Origin: Rebecca billardiae RCC1528
Lineage: Eukaryota > Protista > Haptophyta
Length of the DNA stretch: 64,000 nt
Direction: 5' to 3'
NCBI GenBank assembly: GCA_965240325.2
Contig: OZ251254.1
Location: forward strand, 620,001 to 684,000
The notes under the pieces were generated by a model, which was not told the DNA's origin, searched no databases, and saw only the letters and a list, made by a program, of their open reading frames with translations. How positions within the stretch are numbered: position 1 is the stretch's first letter; every line of letters begins with the position of its first letter. This document shows positions 47,401 to 60,399 of the stretch, in pieces. Position numbers and translations under genes: made by a program.

Positions 47401-48810
47401 TCCGCGCCGCGGAGAACCCGCGCCATCCGCGCACACTCGCTCGGCAGCGCGTGCGCAGGCGCGCGCCGCCTGCACCGGGGCCGCGCGATTCTGCGAGGTG
47501 CCCACGGGGCGCGAAGTGGGTCGCGAGGCGGCGTTGCGGTGGCCGGCGCGGGTCATTGTGGTCGGGTGGGCCCACCCGAACCGCCCGCGCCGCCACCGGA
47601 GCGCTCCATCGGCGGCGAAGGGGGGTTGGATACCGGCGGGGGGGTGGATACCGGCGGCTCGGTGTCCAACCCTCCCCGCACTGGGCGAGCGCGTGGGTGT
47701 CCAACCCCTTATTCCGCTGGCGGCCGCTCTGTGAGTTGCCGTCCTATCTCTCTTCTATTCCTTTGGTTCAATCGAGTTCAGAAGGCCGCGCCAAATCTTG
47801 CGTCGCGTGCGATGGCGCTTCCCGCCCGCGAGACACCTCGTGATGAGGGCCTTTCCGCACCGAGCCCGACGCGCGGCGGTGGATCGCGCGAGGTGGGTGT
47901 CGTGCGCAGGGCTTGCTACTATGGCCCGTGCGAGCGCTCGACGTGCAAGTCGGGCGAGGACCGCCCCAGGTCGCACGATCGTGTCGACGCGCCGAGCGTA
48001 CCTCCGCAAACGCGTCGGCTTTGGCCCCCGTTCGACCTGCACGCGAGACGACGAGGGCAGCAATCGCAAATCGGGCGAAAACCCGTCTAGGGAATCCTCG
48101 CGCGATGTCCGCGCCGGCGTTGGATCTGGCGCGCGCCGCCCATGCGCTCCGCGCCGTGACGCACTGTCTTTTCGGCCCGGAGCGTCCCCAGTGGGAGCTC
48201 AGCGGGCGCGGACCATTGAGTATAGTCTCAGCGTGATTATCTAACTACTTAGTGAGTCGTAGGACGTATTTACGTAGATGATCGACGATGATACGGTCGC
48301 GTCCGGTCCGGCGCGTCGGCCGGGCCGCAGCGGCCCGGCCGGCGCCGGGCTGCGCGGCGCCCCGCGGCAGCAGTGAGCAGACTCACAGCTGCACTGACTC
48401 TGAGTGACTCGGCTCCGGGCCCTCGGCGGCGGCGCCGATTCGCGTATATATACATATATAGTAGTCGCGTAGTATCGGAATGAGCAGCAGTGCGGCTGTC
48501 TAACTCTCCGCCAGCCGCAGACTGATAACGACTACGCGCCCCGCCCGCGTACTCGACACGCTGTAGGGGGTCCATCAGATTAAATTGATTTTTGATTTCT
48601 TTTCTTTTCCTTTTCAGAACTTGTTCGGCGTGTTTTCGCGATCGGCAGATTCCAAATCCGCGCTCGGCTGGCCCCGGCGCGGGAGCGGAGCTCTGAACGG
48701 GGTCGGCGAGGCTGATGGCCCTCGTCGACGGCCGTCCGCTCGCCGTTGGGCGCGCCCACCTCGGCGCAGGCGCCTCGCCGAGCGGCTGGGCGGCTGCGGA
48801 CAGGTAGCCA

Positions 48811-50128
48811 TGCTTCGTGTGGACCGGGCTCTCGCTGGGAGTCGCTGGCCGGTCGACGCTCGTGCTTCATGATTTGAATCTGCGTGCTCAACGTGTGCTG
48901 CCCGCGACCAAGGAGCGCGTCCTAGGAGCACGTACAGGCGAGCAACGCGGAGACGAACATGCGCAACGCGGTGGGATAGGCATCGGCAACGACTCGACGC
49001 TGTCTCCTTCCCCACCCGACGCTGCCTTCTCGCCCTCGGACGTGCCCGCGACGCCTCTGCCGCAAGGGCCAGCTACCGCCGACCAACTTGCGGACCGCTG
49101 TGCCGGGCATGACGAGGTCCAGGGCGCGGCAGATGATGATGCACGCGTGCCCATGGATGTGTGCAACCCGCCCGAGGTCCCCGCTGGCACCGCCGAGGGG
49201 CTCGCCTCCTCCGCGGACGGCCTCGGCTGTGTGCAACCGTGCAGGCCCGAGCTACGGCCTGACGTCAACGTCAGCGCGCGAGGAGACGGCGGTGGCGGCG
49301 CGCGCCATCCACGTGCTGCAGCCCTTGGCCGGTCGGCCCGTGGCCGGCTTTCGCCCGCGGTACGCATCGGTGCTCAACTTCATGCTCCTCGACCTCCTCC
49401 GTACGCTCATGGACCTCATGCTCGAGAACTTGAAGAAGCACAAGCCGTTGGTCAGAGTGTTCACCCCGGCGTGCGCCCAGACCGCGCGCGACGGTGGGAC
49501 GAAGAAGCCCAATGCGCTCGCGCTCGTCTGCGCGGATGCGCTCGGCATCTCGGCGCGCCACGACTCGCCGCTGCTGGAGGTGATCGGCATCTGGCTGATG
49601 ACCGTGCACAGGTGGTGGAAGGGCAAGAACAAGGACATGGAGCGCATCCTGAGCCGGAAGCAGGGCGCGTCGGCGGCGGAGAGGAAGGCGGAGCTGGATG
49701 CCGACGACACGTCGCTGGGCGCCGGCGACGACAGCTGCCCCTTCCGCGACCTCTACTCGCCCCCCGACGCCGGCGCGCCGCGCGCGTCCGCAGCAGGCCG
49801 CGTGCAGGTGCCGCTGCACGAGCAGCGCGTGACTCCTGCTGAGCACGCGGTCATCTTGGAGCAGCAGGTGCGCCTGACGGAGCAGCAGGTGGAGCTGGAC
49901 TCATCGCGCAAGGCGACCGCGCGCGCCGTCGCCGACGCTGCGCGCGCCAGCTTGCGCGCCGACGCAACCGAGCGCAGCGCGCGGGGGGGCACAGATCGCG
50001 CTGCGGCCGAGCGGGCTGCCATGGCTGCCGACTGCGTCCAGTTCGAGCGCGAGAGGAGAGCGGCGGAGCTCGAGGGCGAGCGCGCGGCGAAGCGCGCGCA
50101 GTCCGCCGCAGGACCGGTGGACCGGTGA
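48811..50128 (+). pseudogene. Frameshifted, unidentified coding remnant (probably TE-associated)
   Basis: Strong GC3 coding pattern at 49260-50128 (LNFMLLDLLRTLMDLMLENLKKHK...coiled coil). The upstream coding-like segment is in another frame. No domain recognised. Confidence 0.4.
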
Positions 50129-51570
50129 CGGCCTCGCGTGGGCTGGGGTACGACGAACGGCGACGACGCCGGTGACACAGAGCACGGGCACGGAAGTCGC
50201 CGAACGGCCGCGGCAAGCTCGGCGGCGGCGATGACTGCTAGTCTGCGCACGCAAGCGTCGATGGCGGAGGACTCCTTCACGACTATGGGGATGGTGGCAT
50301 GCTCAGAGGTGCGCTTGGTAGTGTGCTTCGGCACGCAGCCCGCCGCCCACATCAGGTTCGTCCGGGCCTGCTGCGGGACGGTTTGACGGTGGCATGAGCC
50401 CGCCGTCACTCCGCGCGGCGGCGCGGCCTATTCGGATGACCCAGCACGAATAGTGAACAAGGTACCCCCATATTGACACCACCCTGAATATATATTTAAA
50501 CCCCACCCGCATTTTATAATAAACGGGTAGGTAAGTGCATATATACGGGTACATATCTCTAATTAAGTGGGTAACATGCTCGATCTTGGAGTAGGTTTTC
50601 ACCGACCTCTACGCTCACTCATCGTGCCTACTAAAATTTAGCAAGTCCACCTTAATTTTGTTGGGGCGGGTTGCAACGGTTATGAATAAGTAAGTCCGAC
50701 GACATACCGTCATTTAGCCGCCATAACAAGTCGTTGACGTTTGGCTGAATCTGTATGTGACACAGTGGCGCAGCTGGCGTGCGCGCACGACCGCGCGACG
50801 ACGCGCGGAGTCGGTTTTGGGTGCTTCTGACGGCTGGGCTGGGTTCCAGGACATATTTGTGGGTGCCTCCGCAAGCGCCACGCTCGTCAGACACCTAAAT
50901 CGCATGGTTGTCGAAAATCACAATTCAGTGGGCTGCTGTCATGGACCCCCTACACGCTGCTGCGGCGAGGGCGCCCGGTAGTGAGCAAAGCGATTTTCTT
51001 TTCTTTGCGGGGCGATTTTCTTTTTTGGGTGAAAATCCTATTTTCTGGCCTGTCCGGGCGGAAAATCCGGGTGCTCAGGTCTTACCGGACCGGGACCCGG
51101 ACAGCACAGTATCTAGGGACCAGACACTTTTCGTCGTGACATCATCTTCGTTCTCTTCGGATTTGATGAGCATCAGCATGGGGCGGCGCCAGGGCTCCAG
51201 CAAGACGCCAGACGGTACACCGGACACCGGTAAATACCGTACCGGTGCGTACCGGTGCGTACCGGTATGCACCGCCACAAACTGCCGCGCACCGGTGAGA
51301 GTCCGGGAGGGGTCGTGTGCGCCCGGACCACAGCACCCAGCGCGAGTACGGACTACGCGGAGCTGTGGCACTAGATAGAGTGTCAGTGTCCGAGGTCGGA
51401 GTCACTGCTGGCACTACCGGCAGGGAAGGCGACTACGCCGCCGATTTCGTCCACAGCGACGATTCGGCCGAGCTCCGCTAACCGCGGCCTGGCACAGTTT
51501 ACGACTAGAGTCAGAGGTGTATATACTTGCATGGTCCCTTCAGTTCTGCGGTGAGGACCCATGGCGGCCA

Positions 51571-53433
<1,863 letters not shown>

Positions 53434-53556
53434 ATATATGATCTATATACCTGATGACATGCACCGCCTTAATTAATTTATATGGCGGGCCGTCAAAATA
53501 AATTTATTATATATATATATATATATATAAGTCAGATATATATATCTGACTTATAT

Positions 53557-54177
53557 GCAGCAGGTGGACGCCGCTGCACCCATCTGGCCCTTGGCGCTGG
53601 CCTCCTCCGTGCCCTTCGCTCCACCCTAGGTGGAGCAGGGGGTGCGGGGTGTGACGCGCCCAGGGGCCAGGTTCCCCAGCATCAAGCACTGCATCTGCAG
53701 CAGCCCGCCGGCGGGCTGGGCTGCGACATCGACTACCACCTCATCTGCTTCATCGCCCAGAGCGCGCTAGGCGGCGCGCTCACTCTCCAAGCCCCTCTTC
53801 TGCAGCTGCGCGCCGCTTGGCCGGCGCGCGGCGACGCGTACTACGACCTCATCCTCATCCAGGCGCCCACGCGGGCGCACGGGGGCGACAGCCGCGGCTG
53901 CCGCTTGCCGGAGCTGCTCGCCGCTAGGTCGGCGGGCGGCGACATCGACTACGACCTCACCCTCATCCAAGTGCTCCGGAAGGCGCTCGGCCGCGGCGGC
54001 ATCTGCCGTCGCCGCCGCGTGCCCCAGGCCGAGGCGGTGCTCCATCCCGGCCCCGCTCCCGTAGGGGGGCAGGGCTGCGGGTGGCGCACTGTCTGACCTG
54101 GACGGAAGGCGCGGACGCATTCTATGTGTCTGTTGCACTCTGAGCCTGACGCTTGTCCGATGCTGCCACGTCGTTAA
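53557..54177. repeat. (TA)n-flanked ~620-bp element with three internal diverged repeats, ending CCACGTCGTTAA
   Basis: GCGACATCGACTAC(C/G)ACCTCA-like units at about 53723, 53831 and 53939. The terminal motif is shared with 53423-53434. Confidence 0.5.
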
Positions 54178-54760
54178 ATATATATATATATATATATATA
54201 CATATTCGCTCGCCAATATAATAACTACGACTATATGCCGCCGCCGCTCGGACTGCCGAGCCAACTTTGACCGATCCTCCGGCCGGGCCCGCGCTCCCGG
54301 CCGGAAAATACACTTAAACAGGAGCGGCCTAACCGCTAACGGTTCGGTGTGACATGAACCCGTGTCTGTCCCGTCGCGGCCCGGGACCGCCGACCGGGCC
54401 GCGGGGTTGACTCGTGCGGACGCGATAACGGCGGGCCGCGCCCGATGATGATCGGATGATCATCGTCACCGATCACGGACACAGCACGCGCCACGCGCGT
54501 GCCGGCCGGATGATGGATGATATATATGGGCTCTTTCTGCCGTGGTGATCACAACAGCGCGCTGGCTCTGCCGAGGCCGAGACGGAGAAGGAGTCCGCGC
54601 GTGTCGGCCGGGCACCGCGTGCCGGCAGAGACTCGAGAGAGTCGCGAGTCTCAGCAGACGGGCGGAGGAGCGCTGCACAGCGCAGGCCAGCGGCCGGAGC
54701 CGCCGCCTCACGCTGCCACGGCGTGTGCACTTCTCAGTGTGCCACTTGTCAGCGTGCCGC

Positions 54761-57700
54761 TCACAGGGCGACGCGCTTGATCGCCCTGCCGCTCGCGTGC
54801 ACCAGTCCGTCCAGCAGCCCAAAGATGCTCACCACGCCGCCGACGATGGCGCAGAGCGAGAGCAGAAGCTGCGACACTGGCACGCGCTCCTGGGGGGCAG
54901 GGCGCGCCGCGCGCCGAGTGAGCGGGTGGCGCGCGCGGGCGGCGCGGGGGAGGGCTGGGGCACGCCGCGGCGCGCGCGAGGGCGCACGGCCGCCCGCGCC
55001 GCGCTGCCTCGGCGCGAGCGCGGCGCTGCCCGCCCACGCGCCCACCCGCCGCGTCCGCGCGCCACGCCCCCCCCGGGGTGGGGGCGCGCCGAGCAGAGGC
55101 GTGGGCGTGCGGCCGCCTCCGCCCTCGCGCCCCGCCCCGCGCCTCGCGCCCCGGCTGTGCGCCCTTTGTCCGCGCACCTCCGTGAGCTGCACATGCAGCG
55201 CTGATACCTCGTAGCTCACGATCACCGCGGGCACGTGCTCCTTGCGGTGCGCGTGCGTCGTCCCCACGAACTGGTGTGCGTGCACCACCGCGGGCGCGCG
55301 CGTGGCCGTGCGCGCCAGCTGCACCGTCGTGGCGGAGACTCGGACGTAGTGCTCGAGGGAGAGGTGCGGCTGGGAGGGCGGCAGCGGGCACAGGGGGCGC
55401 GCACGCGCCGGCGTGGGCGGTGGCGGCGCGCGCATCGCCCGGCCCGCACCCGCACCCGCCCGCGCCAGCGCGCGCGCGCGTGCCCCAGCGCGGCCGCGAG
55501 CGCGCTCGGCCGCGCGCGCATGCGGCGCGCACCACGCCCGCGATGTGCACGCTGCCGTCGAGGGGCGCGATGTGCGAGGCGACTTCCGGGGGCAGCAGCG
55601 CGGCGCGCGCGCCGAGCGGCGGGCCGAACGCCAGGTGGTCGAGGGTGTGGCTCACGTTGAGTGCAGAGAAGTCGAAGGAGTGCTTGGACGAGTGCGCGCT
55701 GAGCTGCAGCCGGCCGGGCGCGCGCGCCGCCTCCACCGAGCCGAAGGCCACGCAGCCCTCCTGCGGCGCACGCGCACACGCACACACAGAGAGAGACACA
55801 GACACACACAGACACCGAGGGAGAGAGGGGGCGTCAGCGCGCGCGCGGCGCGGCGGTGGCGGCGCGCGCGCGCGCGTGCCGCGCGCCCGCGGCGCCTCGC
55901 GCGCGCGCGCAGAGCCGCGCACCGCGTGCGCGGGCCGGCCCTCCGCCGCCTCTCGCAAGAAGCGCGGCAGCTCGAGCGCGGCCGCTGCCGAGCGCTGGCT
56001 CTCGAGCTCGACCGCGTCGGGGGCGCTCTCCGCGCCCTCCTCGGGCGCGCGGCCGGCGGCGTCGCCGAGCAGGCCGTGGATGTCCATCAGCTGGTTAAGG
56101 TAGTCGTACCCGTGGCCCGCGTACCGCGCGCGGCCGAGCGCGCCGCCGCCCGCGCCGCCGCCCTCGTCCGAGCGGCGCGGCGGCGGCTTGAGCGCCTCCG
56201 CCGTCTCCGCCGCGCGGCGCTGCGCGCCCGGCAGATCCCGCGAGGCGCTGCCCTTGGAGTGCGCCACGCCGTACACGGCGCCGAGGAGCCGCTCGCGGTC
56301 CTCGCGCATCTGCGCCACGTCCTCCTCCAGCTCGCCGCGCACGCCGCCCTGGTTGGGATCGTCGAGGTGGGCGTACGCGCCGCCCTCCGCCAGCCGCAGC
56401 ACGACGCCCATGTCCGACACCGCGTCGATCAGCGGCCGGTGCAGCCGGAGCACTGCGGCGCGCTCGCCTTGCGCGTCGGCGAGCGCGCCGCCGAGCACGT
56501 CGTTCGCGTGCGCGACGACGAAGCGCCAGAGCGCCTCCACCGTGCGCGGCTCGTCGTACGGCTCGTACGACTCGGTCGAGCGGCGGCTGTAGAGCCGCAC
56601 GGACGGATACGCGTGCACGGCAAAGCCGGAGCACACGGCGCGGCCGGGCTTGGTCGTGCAGTCTACCTTGAGCATGGCGGCAACGGGGACGGCCGCGGGG
56701 CCGGCGGCGCCGTACGCGCGCGCGGCGAGGCGGTTGGCGACAGCGTCCCACACCGGCTCGAGCTGCTTCGACCAGTAGCACCACGGCGCGTAGAAGTTGA
56801 CGAGCACCGCCTCATGCCGCCCCACCTCCTCGCTGAACTCGCTCAAGTAACCGCCAAACGGCGGCACCGGCTTGGCCTCGTCGACGCCCAGGTGCGCCCA
56901 CGGCCGCTCGGTGTCCACGGGCACGGCGTCGTCGAGGCCGACGCGCCCGCTCAGCTCGGCCTCGCCCACGGGCTCGGGTGGCTCGGCGCCCGCGCCCGCA
57001 CCGCCGACCGAGCCCGCCGCCGCTTCGGCCGCGCCCGCGCCCTCGGCCGCGCCCGCCGCCTCGGCCGCGCCCGCGCCCTCGGCCTCGGCCGCGGCCGCGC
57101 CGCCCGCGGCCGCGCCGCCGTCGCCGCCGTCCGCCCGCGGCTCGCCGCCCGTCGTGGGCGACGCGGGCGGGTCCGCGGCCTGCGCGTCGCCGGCCGCGTC
57201 CACGTCCACGCCGACGGCGCCATCCGGCGGCGCGGCGCCCTCGGCGTCGCCCGCCGCCGCCGCCGCCGGCTCGGCCGGCGGCGCGTCCGCGCCGGCCTCG
57301 GCCGCGGCCGCGTGCGCCGCGCGCTGCGCTTCGATCGCGCGCTGCACGGCGGCGGCGGCGGAGTCGTCGGCGCCGTCCGCCGGCGGCTCCTCGGCCGGCG
57401 CGCCGCCGTCCGGCTCCGCCCCCGCGGGAGGGTCGGCGGACAGCAGCCGCCGCGCCGTCGGGCCGCCCACGCCCTTCTTGAGCTGCGACGCGTGCCGCCC
57501 CTTGGGCGAGGGCGCGCCGCGCGCGTACGGCGGCGCGGCGCCCGGCGAGGGCGGCTGCGCGGCGGGCGCGCGGCGGCGCGCGATGAGCGAGCCCTCCTTG
57601 ATCAGCGGGTTCTCGTACAGCCCGAGCGAGCGGCCGCTGCTGTCCACGCGCATGCGGAACACGTTGCGCCGCGAGTCGAAGCGGCGCACGCCGCGGTGGT

Positions 57701-58022
57701 CGACGACGTCGAGCGCGAGGAAGGCGCAGGGCACGTGCGGCAGCGTGATGTTGAAGCTGATGAGGAGCGGGTGCATGTTGATCAGCTTGTTGTGCGCTGC
57801 GCTGGGCGTGAGCACCGTCGGGCTCGGCCGCGTGCTGTCCGCCACGTCGAGGTGGAAGCTCGTGGCGAGCTTGGTCGACGCGAACGCCGAGAGCTGCGCC
57901 CACGCGAGCCACGCGGTGAGGAGCACGCCGGCGACGGTGATCGCCCCGCCGACGCGGGTCGCCTCGGTCACGTCGCGCGGCACCTTGCGGTGCAGGTCGA
58001 ACGCGCGCAGCACCGTGCCCAT
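54761..58022 (-). CDS. PDI-C / ERGIC (Erv41/46)-thioredoxin hybrid, multi-exon
   Basis: LRAFDLHRKVPRDVTEATRVGG (ERGIC_N), FNITLPHVPC, VNFYAPWCYWS (CxxS), EGC..FG.VE..RAPG, NVSHTLDHLAFG, and C-terminal LCAIVGGVVSIFGLLD. Confidence 0.9.
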
Positions 58023-58185
58023 CGTCCCGCTCAGATCCGCGCGCCGACGCTCCGCGGGGCTGCGCGCCCTCGTTCACGCCACTTTGGCGAGGTGGGAGTG
58101 GCGTGTGACAACGATGGCGACCAGACCAGCTCCCCCGGTCCGGGACACTCCGGCGCAAGGACGTGTGGTGAAAGGGTGCCCGTTC

Positions 58186-58874
58186 ATGACGATGCTCGCT
58201 CGTCGGCTCCCGTCCACCGCAGCGCTCGGCGCCCTGGCGGGGCGCGCGCGCCCCGACGCTCTGCCGCGCGGACGGTCGCTCTCCACCACGGCACTCGCTG
58301 AACGCACCGAGCGCCTCCTCGCCGCGAAGCAGCAGAGCGGCAAGTCGTTCGACGCGCTCGCCGCCGAGCTCGGCGTCACGAACGCGTACGCGGCGCAGCT
58401 GCTGCTCGGCCAGGCGCAGCTCAAGGCGGAGACCGCGGCGAAGCTGCGCGCGGCGCTGCCGGGCGTGAGCGACGTCGATCTCGACGCCATGCGCACCACC
58501 TGCCCCACGCGCACCTTCGACTCCGAGCTGCTCAAGGAGCCCAACGTGTACCGCACGCACGAGGCCGTGACGCACTACGGCCGAGCGATCAAGATGCTGA
58601 TCAACGAGCAGTGCGGTGCGTGCGTGCGCGTGTGCGTGTGTGTGCGTGTGTGTGTGCGCGCGCGCGCTGCGCTCACGCCCGCCGCTCGCCGCGCGCGTGC
58701 CACTCCGACTCCCCAGGCGACGGCATCATGTCCGCTATCGACTTCTACCTGGACGTGGGCACGACGACCGGCAAGCACGGGGAGAAGCGCGTCGTGATCA
58801 CGTTCAACGGCAAGTTCCTGCCGCACATCGAGCAGCGCGCCGAGGACAACACCTGCCCGTCGCCTCGCGCCTGA
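58186..58874 (+). CDS. cynS: Cyanate hydratase (cyanase); exons 58186-58615, 58717-58874
   Basis: [50 protein letters not shown]...[13 protein letters not shown]. Confidence 0.95.
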
Positions 58875-59068
58875 GCAGGCTGAGCGCGTGGCATCCTGCG
58901 AGGGCCGAGCAAGCAGCCTGCACGGCTGCCACACCTCCGATCGGTCGTCATAATCGAGCTCAGATCTCGATCTTGAGAAGCCGAGCCGGATCATCGGGAT
59001 CTCTTCCAGGATCCTCCCTGGCGAAAACACAGCGGAAAGCCCAAAACCGGCGCGTCTAGCAGCGAGAG

Positions 59069-59416
59069 ATGGAGTCCCTGCGCGAGTGGGCTCACAAGGG
59101 GCCGTTCCCTGCCAAGCCAGACGGCTCCCTCCGCCATGCGTTCTCGGCCGACGAGCAGCGGCTCGTGGACCAATGGCTTCAGGCGCACCACCTCAACAGT
59201 TACGGCGACCCGGAGGAGATGATGTACCCAGGCGGGAGCAAGTGTTTTGACGAGTCGGTCGGCGATTACGTGTGCACCCGTTTCGGCTTGCTCACGGCCT
59301 TGTTCCCGACGCGGCCATGGAGCCAGATGGGCGAACCGCACCCGCATGGCGCCACGCACCACCCCCACCGGCACCGTCACGCCCCTTTGGCAGAATTGCC
59401 GATGCTGCCGGAGTGA
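59069..59416 (+). CDS. Small conserved hypothetical protein (LNxYGDP..xYxGG..PxxPW) with His-rich tail, paralog 1
   Basis: VDQWLQAHHLNSYGDPEEMMYPGG...FPTRPW..HPHGATHHPHRHRH; the frame is conserved in the paralog. Confidence 0.75.
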   Translation: MESLREWAHKGPFPAKPDGSLRHAFSADEQRLVDQWLQAHHLNSYGDPEEMMYPGGSKCFDESVGDYVCTRFGLLTALFPTRPWSQMGEPHPHGATHHPHRHRHAPLAELPMLPE

Positions 59417-59760
59417 CCGGCTGAGCCGCGGCCGCTACGACAATCAGCGACGACGCGGCGTCATGAGCCTCGGTGACGCCTGCCGCCTGCGTAGTCAAGA
59501 TTTCGGTCCAGAGCGATTGGAGCGTGCCTGCGATGTGTGCATGCCTGGAAATCATTGGTAGCTGCGCCTGAGACGGGCAGACCGGCTACTGCTCATGAGC
59601 ACCGAGTACGCCAGTAATCGGCCGGTGGGCAGTTGGCGCTTGCGCATGGCCGCACCCGGATCGGCGGATGGCCGCACGCCGCTTGCAGCCTTGCGCTGGC
59701 GGGATCGGGACGGATCCTGCCGGTGAAAAGGGGCGGCGGAAAATCGACCGGCCGGGAGGG

Positions 59761-60114
59761 ATGGAGTCATTGCGTGATGATTGGGTTCCTCACGAGCATG
59801 CGTTCTCGGCCGATGAGCAGCGGCACGTGGACCAATGGCTTCAGGCGCACCACCTCAACACGTACGGCGACCCGGAGGAGACGACGTACCCGGGTGGCAG
59901 CAAGTGCATGTACGAGGCGGCCCCCGCCTACGTGTGCGGCACCTCGTACGACTGGCTCACGGCCGCGTTCCCGACGCGGCCGTGGAACCAGATGGGCGAG
60001 CAGCATCCGCATGGCGCCAAGCACCACCCGTACCGCCACAGGCACGCTCCCTTGGCGTGGCGCAGCGACATTTCAGAAGAAGTGGCACCAGAATTGCCGA
60101 TGCTGCCCGAGTGA
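59761..60114 (+). CDS. Small conserved hypothetical protein with His-rich tail, paralog 2
   Basis: MESLR..VDQWLQAHHLNTYGDPEETTYPGG...FPTRPW..HPHGAKHHPYRHRH..ELPMLPE; indels relative to paralog 1 preserve the frame. Confidence 0.75.
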   Translation: MESLRDDWVPHEHAFSADEQRHVDQWLQAHHLNTYGDPEETTYPGGSKCMYEAAPAYVCGTSYDWLTAAFPTRPWNQMGEQHPHGAKHHPYRHRHAPLAWRSDISEEVAPELPMLPE

Positions 60115-60399
60115 GCAACTGCCCGGTGCGGGCACCGTCGTCGGGTAACTCGGCCGAGTCGGCCTGGCCGACTGGCGCGCCGGTGGGCTGCACCCGAGCC
60201 GGCTGATAGGCTCGGTCTCTCCATACAATACTAGCTCATGCATTAATAATAAACACCGTGTCACGCGGTCCGACGGCAGCGCGGTCGGAATGCGCCGAAC
60301 CGATGGCGGCGCAGCAGCGCATCGGCTCCGCATCGGCTCCGGGACCGGATCCGCGGCCCGTCATTAGAGTAATAGAGTACAGTTCGAGACCGGGCCTCG

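Larger units (their letters stand above)
41322..47770. mobile_element. Element B: long-TIR (~500 bp) transposon inserted in family A
   Basis: Left arm 41322-41367 + 44467-44931 is the reverse complement of right arm 47254-47770. Starts CAAGGG. ATCGAG is duplicated at both junctions. Confidence 0.8.
40347..47836 (-). mobile_element. Repeat family A, copy 2 (40347-41321 plus 47771 to at least 47836), split by nested insertions
   Basis: Contiguous copy-3 sequence CGGCGATCGAG|TTCAGAAGGCCGCGCCAAATC is split between 41321 and 47777. The true right boundary (possibly ~48220) is not determinable. Confidence 0.85.
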
